Origin: Octopus vulgaris
Lineage: Eukaryota
Direction of reading: 5' to 3'
Assembly: GCA_951406725.2 (NCBI GenBank)
Contig: OX597817.1
Span: forward strand, 73,470,001-73,534,000
Length of the DNA: 64,000 nucleotides
Shown: positions 36,176-49,499 of the stretch, in pieces
Layout: every line of letters starts with the position of its first letter
Position numbering within the stretch: position 1 is the stretch's first letter
The notes under the pieces: generated by a model
Database searches by the model: none
Told to the model about the DNA's origin: nothing
Seen by the model: the letters and a program-made list of their open reading frames with translations, nothing else
Position numbers and translations under genes: made by a program

Positions 36176-36489
36176 CTAGGACACAAGAAAATGCGAATGT
36201 TAAAACAAAAATGTCTGTGTGCTAAGAATTTTTATTTACAACCACATGGTCTCTGGTCCAGTCCCAATGCGTAGCATCTTGGGCAAGTGTCTTCCACAAT
36301 AACATCGGGTCGACCAAAGTCTTGTAAGTGGATTTAGTAGACGAAAACTGAAATAATCCCGTCGTATATATACGTGTGCGTATATATTTATATATGTGTG
36401 TGCGTATATAAATGTTTGTGTATCTTTGTATTTGTACGTATATATATATATGTTTCTGTTATCTTTGTATTTGTGCTCACACAGACACG

Positions 36490-36818
36490 CATACATTCAC
36501 ACACACACACATACATACGTACACACACACACATACATACATGCATTCAGACATACATACATACACACACATACACACATACACACACACATACATACAT
36601 ACATACATACATACACACACACATACACACATACATACATACACACATACACACACACACACACACACATACACACATACATACATACATACATACATAC
36701 ACACACACATACATACACACATACATACATAGATACATACATACATACACACACACATACACACATACACACATACACGCATGCGCACATACTTACATAC
36801 ATACACACACACACACAT

Positions 36819-36849
<31 letters not shown>

Positions 36850-38110
36850 TACACACATACATACACACATACATACACACATACACACACACACACATAC
36901 ATACATACATACATACATACATACATACAAACATACACACACACATACATACACACACACACATACACACACACATACACACACACACACATACATACAT
37001 ACATACATACATACATACATACATACATACATACATACATGCATATAGGGTTGGCTGTATTGCAGGCGTGCGTCAGTATGTGTCTGTGTGTGTGCCTGTG
37101 GATTCACATACACCCACACCAATTTTTTTTCCACCAATCTTTCAATTATAAAGTGTGTGCTTGTATACATATATATACACACATATAAACATATAAACAC
37201 ACATATAAACCATTACATTTGAACACACACGCACATATATACATACATTCACTCGCACGCACGTCCACACACACGCACACACACACATTTACATATATAT
37301 ACAATACACGCACACACATACACACGTACAAACACACACAAATTCACATATACACCGACACATATACATACACACAATATATACCTACACGCGCACGCGC
37401 ACATACACATACGTACACACATATAAGCACAGACACACACACACACATACGCACACAAAAACATGCGCACACATACGCACGCACACACGCACACCAATGC
37501 ACACACCCAAAACTCACAATCCCACGGATACACGCATATACATCCATATACGCTTACACACACACACATACATACACGCACACACAACTACACGCACATA
37601 CATACACACACACACACACAAATGAACCCACACATACGTCCCATACATGCGGCACACAATTATACATACACGCACACAATTATACATACATATATATACA
37701 CACACACGCACGTACAAGCACACACGCACAATACACTAAGTTAAGCACAGTTACTCGCCACACACCCAAACTCTACGCATACACACATGAACACACACAT
37801 ACACACACACACACTACAAACAAAACACACACACGATACATATACATACACGCACACACACATACCTCTTTGTTTTTGACCTGTGGCTGGACACAAAAAA
37901 CACCACTCCTTATTCTTACAAGCTGGCCAGCTACTAGCCAGTTGTTCGCCATACGCACATACCCACACACACGCACACACATACACAGACACACGCACAC
38001 ACATACACACACACACGCACACACATACACACACACACGTGTCATCATTGCACACATACACACACACGTACACACGCAGACCTCCGCGCACGCACACATC
38101 CACACACATT
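36490..38110. repeat. long degenerate (CA)n/(TACA)n tract
   Basis: Visible directly; source of the HT/YIHT pseudo-ORFs. Confidence 0.95.
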
Positions 38111-38897
38111 CCCCCTCTTACTTTCCTTGACTTTACCATACTGTCTTTGAAAACTCTCCTGTCTTTAAAAAACATTATTCTTCCACCTTTCTACTTCCGT
38201 CTTTCAATATGTGACCTCGTGAGTACCGCTGGGGTCTATATAAGATTTTATTAAAATTTATGTACAATAGATTAGGTTATACGTCTACAATACACAAAAT
38301 ATTTTAAGTTTTTTTTCTTTTGTTACACAATTTTTATTAATATTTAATCATAAAAATACGATGGGGTCTTCTAAACACCGAAAAGCTATGGGAGTTCAGT
38401 TGAGGAAAATAGGAATCAAAGGGGTCCATAGGCTAGAAAATAGTTGAGAACCATAAGACTAGATGATCTTGGCCTGTAACGGCCTTATAATAGGTCTATT
38501 TACCCGATCAGACTTAATTCAGGGTTAAATAACAATAACCTTTCGGAGCAATTCAAAGTTTCACTTTGAAAAAGCAAGTATATTCAGAAGGAATTAAGGT
38601 AATGCGATATTCTCCTCCTACCACTTTAAAAAAGAAGAAGAAGAAAGCAAAAGTATATACGGCTACGGGAAAAGAGAGAGAGAGAGAAAGAGAGAAAGAG
38701 AGAGAGGGAGAGAGAGAGAGACAGAGAGAAAGAAAGGGAAGGCGAACGGAAGAGAGAGAATTGATAAGGAGGGTAAATATCTAAAAAGATAAATCCCATG
38801 TTATTTATTATATTCATTTTAGTGATATCGCAAATTACATAGATACAACTTTACCACCCACTTTGACGAGAGTGCTGCGTTGTACTATGTGTGTGTT

Positions 38898-38961
<64 letters not shown>

Positions 38962-39276
38962 TATTATTATTATTATTATTGTTGTTGTTACTGCTGTAGT
39001 GTGACTGCTATCGCTTCGTATTTTAAAAGGAACTTGTGATTGTGGAATAGTTCGTTATATTAAATACCTCCCGCTGATTGCATTATATTTATAAGCACAC
39101 ATACACACATGCATATTTACATATACATATTTTACAAACAGCACAAACAAAACTAATTCCCTCCCACACTTGAATTTGTTGTCATAATTGCTGTTATCGT
39201 CGTAATTGGTTATGGCTGTGCTAAAGATTACAAGGTTGGGGAAAGGAGAATGTCAATCACACACGCTACAAGAGCG

Positions 39277-39348
<72 letters not shown>

Positions 39349-39469
39349 GCTACTACTGCTGCTGCTGCTGTGGCTGCTGTCCCTAATGATGACGAAGAGG
39401 AATCATCTAAGACATACTAACAGAAGCACAATTCCCGAAGGGATTACATACCCTAGCCATATTATTTAG

Positions 39470-39665
39470 GTGCCTCTACATGGTCATTTTACCTACTAGA
39501 CACAACAGCCAAAATCTCCCTCAAATCACACCCAACTCTCTTTTAAAGGGTTCAATACACGTACACACACATACATAGGCTAACAAAACACCAGATAGTC
39601 AAGGTTGGAACTGCTTTGATCAATACGTCTATTCGATAAGGTTTAAATGGGGTCAAACAACAATA
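39470..39665 (+). repeat. representative copy of an old, high-copy degenerate dispersed repeat
   Basis: Motif string ctacatggtca...ctagaaatagcagccaaatctccctcaaatcacaccc...gatggtcat..ctggaatgcctttgatca...ctggggctaaacaacaa. Recognisable near 2900, 10055, 11560, 11725, 17920, 22660, 24060, 63020 and 63250, and reversed near 8240, 40630 and 42085. Confidence 0.65.
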
Positions 39666-39829
39666 CTCCCTTCTTGGTTAACATACAGTTTATGGACATA
39701 AAGAAGTGAAAGTAAATTGTCCTAAAAATAATGAAAGTAAATTTCGATAGAAACCAGAAGTGATGACAGTGACATCCCTTAATTTTGTGTAAACAATGTA
39801 TGTAATATACCCAATGGCTAGAACGTACA

Positions 39830-40199
39830 TATCTTTTATCTTTTACTAGTTTCATTCATTGGACTGCAGCCATGCTGAGGCATGCTGGGTCTTGAGAAAA
39901 TTTTAGTAAAATGCATCGACCCAAGTACTTCTTTTTTAAACTTATTTTACCGTCTCTTTTGCCGAACCGCTAACCTACGAGGATGTAAATACACCAACAC
40001 CAGTTGTCAAGAGTTGGACGTGTTGGTGATGGGGGACAAACACAGGCACAAAGACACACACACATACATATACGACGGGATTCTTTCAGTTTTCGTTTAC
40101 TCACAAGGCTTTAGTCGGCCCGAGGCTATAACAGTGGGACTGAACCCGAACCATGTGGTTAGGAAGCAAGCGTCTTAACACACAGCCACGCCAGCGCCT
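39830..40199 (-). mobile_element. SINE family 1
   Basis: Tail, (CA)n core, partly deleted body and head ...cacagccacgccagcgcct. Confidence 0.8.
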
Positions 40200-40561
40200 A
40201 TATATTTAATATAACATGAAAACCGCACATGCATTTTATATAAGATGAACACAATCACACGCACCAGCGGTGTTCGTTGCTGTGGATTGTACATTGGAAC
40301 AGTGTACCTCAGCTGTTACTTCTGAAGTACTTAATATATCACTCGAAGGTACTATACATAGAGATGCCTGTGGGCGTGGCGAAATAAAGGAGTTCTTTAC
40401 GCTCGTGTTATGAAATTTAGGAATGTAAGTGTCGTCACTTCCGGTTTCTATTGCAATTTACTTTCACTTTTTAAAACAATGTACTTTTACATTTTAGGAT
40501 AATTTACTCTCACTTTTTACGACCGTAACCTGCACGTTAGCCTTCTGTATCTTCAGGAATA

Positions 40562-40620
<59 letters not shown>

Positions 40621-41626
40621 GTTATCTCTGGGTTAGTTCTGTCGGAGCCCACCCATGATTAAAGACATTCCAGTCAGAACCGTGCTGTCTTTTTAGAATT
40701 GTCCAGAAATATACTATCTAGCGGATGATTTTAAGGAGATTTGGCAGCTATTTTTAGCATTACAATTACCAGAAAGAAGCTTCTGCGTTGACTTGTAATT
40801 GTGGTAGCGACAGATTAATTGAGACTCTCAGCCAGGCACCAGGCCAGTAACTTTGAGGGAAAGAGAAACAATCGATACCATAATTCCAACTCCGGTACTA
40901 GACTGGTACTTTATTTTATCGACCCCAAAAAGCCAAAAAGTAAAGTTGACCTCTGTTGGATTTGAACTCAGAACCTAAAGAGACGAAACGAATGCCACAA
41001 AGTATTTTTCTGACGCTCTAACGATTCTGTATCAGCAATCATCTTATAAACGTACGACTAACGACCTTGAATCATAAAAATTCATATCAAATACCTTTCC
41101 TAGCAATTAAAATGCAACGAAGGGCTAATACCACCCCGAAGGAGACTATAGTGTTAATAAGGAATCTTTACGTTGTCGAGTCAATAATGAGTCTTTATGT
41201 TGTCCATCTGTTGGTTAAAAATAATTTGGAAAGCTTCTCTCTCAAATCACACGTTACCATCTTGAACAAGAAGAGCTTTGGGTAATGTAGTCCTAAATAT
41301 TTCCTTCCTTCCTTGCTTCTTTCCTTGCTTCCTTGCTTCCTTGCTTCCTTCCTTCTTTCCTTCATACCCCTTGACTGTGTGGCTGTTCGGGCATTTGTTA
41401 ATAATTGCTGCCGTGCTACGACCACTCATCTCAGCATCTGTTTGTTTCGTTGTGTGTGGTGTGTGTTGTGTGTGTACGTTCGTGCAATTATATATAGTTG
41501 CAGATGTTCTGTAGTTCTTTACTCTGTTTTCGCCATTGCAGCTAAGATCATTCCATAATATTGCTTTCAGTGAGAATACTAATCAGAATACCCACCAACT
41601 GCGCAGAGGACCGAAAAATGCCATCT

Positions 41627-41732
41627 TTTGACAAATGCAGACTATTCAAAACCAAAACTGAAGATATTAGTCATATCAATGCCAGCTGTGAAACAGTGTA
41701 ATAGAGATATTACCATCCCACATGACGTCACT
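41627..41732 (+). pseudogene. relic of an RLE-type (R4/Dong-like) LINE zinc-finger region
   Basis: Translates FDKCRLFKTKTEDISHINASCETV**RYYHP, then HDV in a shifted frame. Resembles the CRLC...E...HI...C...Y..RHD motif that precedes the RLE domain. Confidence 0.6.
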
Positions 41733-43755
41733 TGGAAGCCTAAGGAATCTGGAATAAGATAAATGAAAATAACAATTAAAAACGAACACATGGAGATCGA
41801 CGGAGACGTTAAAATAAAATAGCAGCCAAGGCGAAGACCAATTTGAGTGCCGAACGTAAAGATGGTATATAAGTCCGAGGCTTTAACGATTCTGTTAGTC
41901 CAGTGATAATGTGTCTTTGACGGTAGGTGTAATAGTAGTTACCACCTTTGTTGTGAAGGGTCCACCAGGGTCCACCATGATTAAACAGATGTGATCAAAA
42001 CTGGTAGTGGTGGTGGTGATGAGGATTGTAATATGAATAGGGTGTGGTTGATGAAGAGATGAAATTATTTATCCCACTGCCATTCCAGTCGTGACAATCG
42101 CATCTTTTCCGATTCTCAGGGAATCCAATACCACCACATTATGCTACATGTCCTATTTTTTTTTCAAGACGGATGGGTATGATCGGGGCGGCGGGGCATG
42201 GCTACTGCTTCTGGTAGGTCGAGCAACACCATAAAGGCTATTTTGGTAGCAATGACGTAAGTAGTCATTGTGGTGATAGCGGTGGTAGTTGTAATGTGAG
42301 TGAAATGGTAGAGAAGTATTATTTATGTAGCAATGAAATGATGTGATGGTGTCGGCAGTTGTACGGCTATGAGTGGGCTTAGAAATAACATTATCTTTTA
42401 TAACAGCCTACGCTCCACTACCATTGAATAACAATATATTATTGAAACAGCACAATAGATATATTTTGAAAAAGCTTGTTTCACATCACCGAATAGCAGA
42501 TTTAGGGATTTGCTTGAGTTATATTCCTAGCATTAAAGTTGGTTAATTTTTGTCAACCTCCTTCTATATCTTCGGATTTCTTTGAAATATTTGCCTTTGT
42601 GTCAAAGGAAAAAATAAATCAATATTACCAAATTTGGATTCCTATCAGAAGCAACCGTCATTGCACTTTCGATCTGGATTCCCAAGCGTTTGATTCGGCT
42701 TGAAAAATCCGTCTTGCGACTTTTCCTGCGATATTCTGATTACCGTAGGCGTTATTCAGATTTTAATTCATTAAAATTTCGGAGTTCTCTCACTTTACTT
42801 TGACCAAATTTTATTAACATTAATCATTTAAGAACTGTTCACTTTCCTAAATATAAATGAAAATTTAAGTAGCAAACATTTCGAAATTGTTGCCTCCTTC
42901 CCATTACCAGATCTGAACAACTGTCGTGGAGCCGAGCTCAATTCATAATGTAATTTTTATGAATTGAATTTTTATTTACTATACTATGTGTGTTGGTATT
43001 GGCGCAGTATGACCAAATAGTCAAGAAGATTGCATTGTAACTACGAGTTCACGTATTCAACCCCATCACATGTTATATCGACCAAATGGTAATTTTCTAT
43101 AACCTCAGGTCTACTCATACCATGTGATTGAAATTGGGTAGACAGAAACAGTACATATGCCCATAGGGTCGATTGTACACGTTATTCAAATGACACAACC
43201 TTGTCGCATTTATGGCACGGCGGTTGTCTCTGAATTACGTTAAGAGTACAGGTATCTGTTAAATGCTCAGCCAAGAGCAGATAATTCAATTGACTGAACA
43301 ACTGAATCCTCATGGTCGAACGACGGAGTTCCATACATGAATGTTAGCAGCTGGTAAACAATTTAGTAGTTTATGTAGTGTCGAAATCAGATGTTTTTTC
43401 TTTTCTCACACGAGAAAGAGAATATGGCTTTGCATTGCGCCCAGAAAATTGCAGTTCATTATCATATCACTGATAGTGATTGGTGGCATGTCAAGCTTCA
43501 TAGCTATAATCCTCGTACTTACTATATACTTTAACTAGTCTTAAAGCTGTCGGTATGAAACGATATAATTGGTTGGTTTGACCTGTAAGCATTTTAAACT
43601 GTAGTCTATTTACGATTGAGAGAAAATATTTAAATAATTGCTGCCGTGCTACGACCACTCATCTCAGCATGCTACATTATATTCTGCTTTGAAAGACGTT
43701 TCATTTATTTATTTCTGTGTTTCTGACAAATGTCACAACTGGATGTCATGTCTTC

Positions 43756-43799
<44 letters not shown>

Positions 43800-43836
43800 T
43801 CATCCATCCATCCATCCATCTATCCTTCCATCCATA

Positions 43837-44046
43837 TGAGGGGTGCTGAAAAGTTCTTGGCTTTGGGTAAAAAAAGTACTGGAGGATCAGTTAGTTATGA
43901 TTTTATTCAACATACTTCCCTCTTCACACACTTACTGCAGCAGTCTTTCAATTTTTCTAAAGCCTTTAAAAGGTCTCGGAAAATTGGGCCTCTAACAAAG
44001 ACTTTCACGATACTCTTAGAGCTAAGAGCTTTTCAACACCCCCTCG
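43837..44046. mobile_element. mariner-derived MITE (210 bp)
   Basis: TA|tgaggggtgctgaaaagttcttggct ... agctaagagcttttcaacaccccctcg|TA. TIRs resemble those of the mariner at 8712-9674. Confidence 0.8.
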
Positions 44047-44067
44047 TATATACACACACACATATCG

Positions 44068-44295
44068 TTTATCTTCTATCTTTTGCTTCTTTCAGTCATT
44101 AGACTGCGGTCAAGCTGAAGAAATTTAGTCGAATGAATCGACCACAGTACTTATTTTTTTAAAGCCTGCTACTTATTCTATCGAACTCTTTCACCGAACC
44201 ACTAAGTTACGGGGACGTAAATACACCAACACTGGTTGTCATGCGGTGGTGTGGGACAACACAGAAACTAAGACACGCACGCACACACACACACA

Positions 44296-44340
<45 letters not shown>

Positions 44341-44460
44341 GTATATAAGACAGGCTTCTTTCATACACACACATAGATATAAATACGACGGGCTTCTTTC
44401 ACTCACAAGGCTTTGGTCGGCCAGAGGCTATAGTAGAAGACAGTTGCCCATGGTGTCACG
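44068..44460 (-). mobile_element. SINE family 1 lacking its head
   Basis: Tail, microsatellite and body end abruptly at gcccatggtgtcacg, where Tc1 sequence begins. Confidence 0.8.
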
Positions 44461-45128
44461 TCATGTTCATCTAAACGACGAGACTCAGTTTTTCGAGATA
44501 AACTTTTCTTCAATACAATGCTCATTTTCCGAGAAACAGCAGCAGCAGTTTTAAATCTGTCCTTTTTAACCAACTTTACCATAGTACGATCTTCTCTTGG
44601 TCGTTTTTCTTGGCCTACCTGCAAACTTTCTTGCTTCATACGAACCACAATCATCGTAGACCTTAAGAATACCGTGTACAACACTTTTTGACTTTTTAAC
44701 AATCTTTGCAATAGATCCAATACTTAAATTATCCTTCCTTCGAAGCTTAATAATCTGCTGACGAATTGGTAACGGAGTAAGTGGCATTATATTAACAAAG
44801 TACACTGCAAATATTCTTACTAATCTTTAGTAAACGAACCGTCACGTAAACAAAATCAAAACATTAGAGTTCGCCGGTTAAATATACTAAAACACGGAGT
44901 AAAAGCAACCGTTCTGATCATTTTGGCCGCCATGGGTTTTGCAGTAAATCACTAAATCATCCATAACTTTTGTATTATCCTTCAAATCACACCAAAATCT
45001 CAGACAATAACAATTAATATTGTATTTATTGTCTGTGAAAATTATAGAATATAAAATAACTTTGATAAAAACTTATACTTACTTTTCTGACAAAAACAAT
45101 GCCGTTCTGAACATTTTGGCCGCAACTG
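44461..45128 (-). mobile_element. Tc1-like transposon, left end and N-terminal transposase remnant
   Basis: TA|cagttgcggccaaaatgttcagaacgg terminus. ORFs 44566-44805 and 44403-44720 give a paired-like HTH, GRPRKTT and (frameshifted) REDRTMVKLVKKDRFKTA...LSRKTESRRL. Confidence 0.88.
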
Positions 45129-45152
45129 TATGTATGTATGTATATATATATA

Positions 45153-45576
45153 CTAGCAGCATAGCCCGGCGTTGCCCGGGTATGTAAGAACCCATAGTAG
45201 GCAACGACTAATCCCAATCTAGTTCTTTCCCTCTAGGGAACGAAGGCGCATGTGTATGTTGCAATGTCTTCTCTTCACTCGAATACTTCTATGTATACGA
45301 TGTTCCTAGCTGTCTCCCGACTGAAAATGTGTTGCATATAAAAAATGCTTAGATTCTCGACCCCATGTCAAATTTATCGATTTTTTTTTTTCAGAACTGG
45401 GGGAACTTTTCAAAATTTTCGCTGCGTTAGTTTTGAATTATGACATTGGGCTTTGTGTGTGTCAAGTTTCATCAGAATCGGTTGAAAGCCGTGGTCAGGG
45501 TGAGGGTACAACCTGACAGCCACACAGACACACAGACAGACAAACTGCCGTTTATATATATATATATATATATATA
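45153..45576 (-). mobile_element. non-autonomous Helitron-like element
   Basis: Minus 3' end cccgggcaacgccgggctatgctgCTAG|T. The 5' part tatataaacggcagtttg...catggggtcgagaatc is shared with 12025-12407; the exact 5' end is blurred by (TA)n. Confidence 0.82.
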
Positions 45577-45767
45577 GGGAGAGTTTATGGAAAAAAACAA
45601 AAGACAAAGACGGGTGGTGTACAAAACAAACAGATGTATTAGTATAACGGTCAGGAATAGAAAAAGTCTTTTACATTTCGAGCCTACGCTCTTCTACAGA
45701 AAGGGACACAGAAAAAACAAGGAGAGAAACAAGGAGAGAAAAAAATGTGTGTAGTGGCTAACGATCT

Positions 45768-45772
<5 letters not shown>
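45577..45772 (-). mobile_element. hammerhead-containing element, copy 2
   Basis: Minus 45703-45667: CUUU-CUGUAGA-A-GAGC-GUAG-GCUC-GAAA-UG-UA-AAAGA. Flanked by (TA)n on both sides. Confidence 0.68.
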
Positions 45773-45844
<72 letters not shown>

Positions 45845-46024
45845 GTTGTTCCTGTCTTCGTTTTTGTTTTTCTATAAATCTGAGCGGGAGTTGAAAATGG
45901 TCAGTATAGAAAACGCGTAGTAGTGTTCAAATAATTTTAAACTGAAACTCCGAAATCTTTGTATATCAAGACTAATTATGCTTATCTGCATCTCTCACGC
46001 ACGCACGCACGCACACACACGCAC

Positions 46025-46069
<45 letters not shown>

Positions 46070-46075
<6 letters not shown>

Positions 46076-46256
46076 AAAGACGAAGGCAGGTGGAAAACAA
46101 ACGAACAATTGTATTAGTATGGCGCTCAGGAAATATAAATAAAACAAGTCTTTAACGTTTCGAGCCTACGCTCTTCAACAGAAAGATACACAGAGAGAAA
46201 AAAAAAACACAGAAAGAAGGAGAGAAAAAAATGCGTGCAGTAGCTAACGAATCAAC

Positions 46257-46257
<1 letters not shown>
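46070..46257 (-). mobile_element. hammerhead-containing element, copy 3
   Basis: Minus 46186-46149: UCUUU-CUGUUGA-A-GAGC-GUAG-GCUC-GAAA-CG-UU-AAAGA. Flanked by (TA)n on both sides. Confidence 0.7.
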
Positions 46258-46295
<38 letters not shown>

Positions 46296-48492
46296 GAGTG
46301 TGCATGTATGCATGCATCTAATATACAAGATAGACAAAAATTTAACATCGCCTGCGAGTTTCATGCTCTGCTGTGAGCTGTACAGCTGTGTCAACCAAAG
46401 CGACGTCATCTACATTAGTTCTTAAATCAAGTGGACACACATGTACATATATTCAGATACGTACAAAACAACACACACACACTGTATATAACAATACCAT
46501 ACATTTTTCGGTATTATTTTGGTTTCATTAGATAAGCATAGACTTCACCATATTTGCAGAAGTAGAAATGAATATGTGTATGTGTGTGCGTGTGTGTGTG
46601 TGTGTTTTTGCACATACAAAAGATTGTGTTTCTTGCAGAAAGAAGAAAATAAACATTATCAATGGCTAATATATCTTTCATTTTCTGTAAAGGAGACAAT
46701 TCAATATTACTCAAATCTCACAGAAGTACACCCTAAATTCGAGATTGATAAAGGAAACTTCAGTTTCCTCTCATAAACAAAATATATAAATATATACAAC
46801 AAAAAAAAAAACGTAAGCTATGGATACTTTGTAGGTAATGTTGTTGAAAACATATTTTTGCTAAGTGTCTATGAACACCAAGAGTTATTTTCAATTCGCG
46901 GTTGTAGTAATTTAAACTTCTTTATTTATTTCGCATATTCATTTTGATTGCGATGACTGTTGTAGAGTGGAAAAAGATGAGGTTGTACTATGTAGAATCC
47001 ATAACACAGTTTCAATAATCAGTAGAAACAAATTTCGTTTTTGCTTATTACGGGTCGTTAATGCTTATTTTCACTTACGCTGCTACAGCTGTCCCCAATT
47101 AGAGAGAGACATAAATGTCACAGAATCTATATTTTTACGCCCCACACCGCCTTGCCAGTTAATCAGAAGTATTACTACTTTAGTAACGAAATCAATAATC
47201 ATTATAAGGGAATTTACTGAGAGGGGTTAAGCGGTGCAGAGGTGGGCGACTAAGGTACCGAATTACATTAGATTTAGTTTGCCAGGAGTATCGGGTTTCA
47301 AAGTTCAAATACAACTTGGTATCAAATTTATCTTCCCTTCTTTCAGTCACGCTTCTCTCTCTCCTTTCCTCTCCCATGCACATATACACACACTTCCATG
47401 AAAATGGATCCTTGAGTCCAAGAATGTTTTGTTTTTTAACTTATAATCCGAGAAACCTTTGTCAACTAAGAAAATAATAGAGAAGTAGGATAGGAGGGGT
47501 GAAGTATTTAAGAACATCCATCAATGAATGGGTGCGTATGTATTTGTGGTGGGAAAGAGAAAATAAGTAAAAAGCAAAGTTCATCCCCATCAGGACCCAT
47601 TGTAAAGTTCGAATCTCACAGTAGATTCTTTTATTTTCAAAAAGTGTATGCAAGCGAGGACCAGCTAGCAGTTCCATTTCCAAAAACTTTCTTTAGTCAA
47701 AGCATGCTATAATAGCATGCTGTGTCGGTGGCGACAGGAAGAAAAACATAAGATATTTTACTTTCGTATAAAACCAGACACTTTTTTAAAGAGAAATTTA
47801 CAGTAGTTGAAATTGATCTCAGCAAATAACTAATATCTTGCTTTATCGATCTCTGGAGGAATGAAAAACAAAATCGATTCGAAGAGTATATGAAATCAGA
47901 ATCGAGAAGGATGGAACTATTTTGTCTGTAGATTACCGTTTCTGTCACCTCACTTACGTGCTAAGAAATGATAAATATTCTCAGCGGGATAAAAGATTTA
48001 TTGTTCGCTATTGATTAATGATTATTTATGTGTGACATAGGATAAGACGTCCCAGTGAAAAACAACATAGATTCGCTATAAAACCAACTAGAAGTAAATT
48101 AGTGTTAGCATATTTAATGTGTAGAGTACTAATGATACAATTAGATATAAATATGCAGCGGAAAAACATGATATTAGTCAATGATTAATATTACTTTTAT
48201 TTTCCTCTTAAAGTATGATAATTACTCTTAAGGGTATCATTCTGACTTCATCAGCGAAATGTAACCGTCCCTGAGCTTGGCGACATAGTAACAAAACATG
48301 GAATAAATGCACAAGATTGTACATTTATAGGCGGAAATAGTATTGTTTGGAGATTAAATAATTCAAGAGACGTAAGTAAGTTAGCTGTTAATATTTGAAA
48401 GGCAAGTACAAATATATATGTGGTGTGAACATTAATCAATAACTAATTATCTTTTACTTTTTCCGCATAACACAAAAGTGGATGTGCATTGC

Positions 48493-48705
48493 ACAGATAC
48501 GCGTACCCTTAACGTAGTTCTCAGGGAGATTCAGCGAGACACAGAATGTGACAAGGTTGGCTTTTTGAAATACAGGTACAAGTCATTTTTGCCAGGTGAG
48601 TTGATTGGAGCAACGCAAAATAAAGTGTCTTGCTGAAGGACACAACGCACCACCAGGAATTGAACTCAGGATCGTGAGTCGGATACCCAAATCACTAAGC
48701 CACGT
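48493..48705 (-). mobile_element. SINE related to family 3
   Basis: cccttaacgtagttctcagggagattcagcg...gaaatacaggtac is shared with 18321-18711, followed by a different core and a tRNA-like head. Confidence 0.75.
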
Positions 48706-49499
48706 ATCTAGCGTCTTATTGCATCAATAACAGACCAGTTCTTGTTGTAGGTATGTATGTGATAAATCTTTTCGGCTATAGTTATGCATTATTATTCAAT
48801 AATCGAATTAGTGAGTTGACTCTCACACTAACCATATCTAGCAATTGGCAATGTATGCTATACAGTATAATAATTTCTAAAATTGATTCAAGAGGACATA
48901 GAATTTAGGAATGGTTTGTCAATTTAATTGCCTCGAGTACTTGACCGAAACTTTATTTTATCGACCTTAAAAGATGAAATTCAAATTCAGCCACAGCAGA
49001 GTTTTAATTAAGAGTATAATGTGACATAACTAAATACCGCAAGGCATCTTGTCAGACGGTCTACTGATTGTGCCATCCCTCACACTTACATAAGAAAATA
49101 TTAAAAAAAGCTAAAAATATAATAAAGCCATAATATTACGTAACTTACTATAAAGTATAAGAATAAATTTTATATAAGTTTTAGTGAACCACCATTTTGT
49201 ATTCTTAATCTATTTTCCACTTGGTTGCTCTAAGCTACAGATCCCGTATTAAATTAACCGGAATTGCACGATCTCTTTTACGTCTGCAATCTCGTATGGC
49301 AAGCATATCGATTGCAGTATACTAACGCAAGTGAGATGCTTGAAGTTCCCCGTTAGGTTCACTAGTTAGATTAAATCATTTTGGAGCAGCCTGTGCGAAT
49401 AAATAGATTCCTCTTATACTCTTTAATACTCAGACAAAGAATTGATTCAATTATTCATGACAATGATTTCTGACATATGCATGAGGTCACTGACTGTGT

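Noticed and set aside
36374-38254. Long His/Thr/Tyr and Val/Cys ORFs up to 303 aa
   Set aside because: Translations of (CA)n/(TACA)n. The same applies to the YI, LS, ER, IYLS and THSL ORFs throughout the window.
38225-38455. hAT-type MITE end (ggggtccat...gttgagaacc), with a reverse copy near 57384
   Set aside because: Only single degenerate ends are visible; no paired TIRs or 8-bp TSD.
40370-40450. GC-box (gggcgtggc) and ETS-like (cacttccgg) motifs as a promoter
   Set aside because: Short motifs expected by chance; no associated gene or transcript evidence.
47701-47721. Palindrome agcatgctat-a-atagcatgct
   Set aside because: Isolated, with no associated element or second copy.
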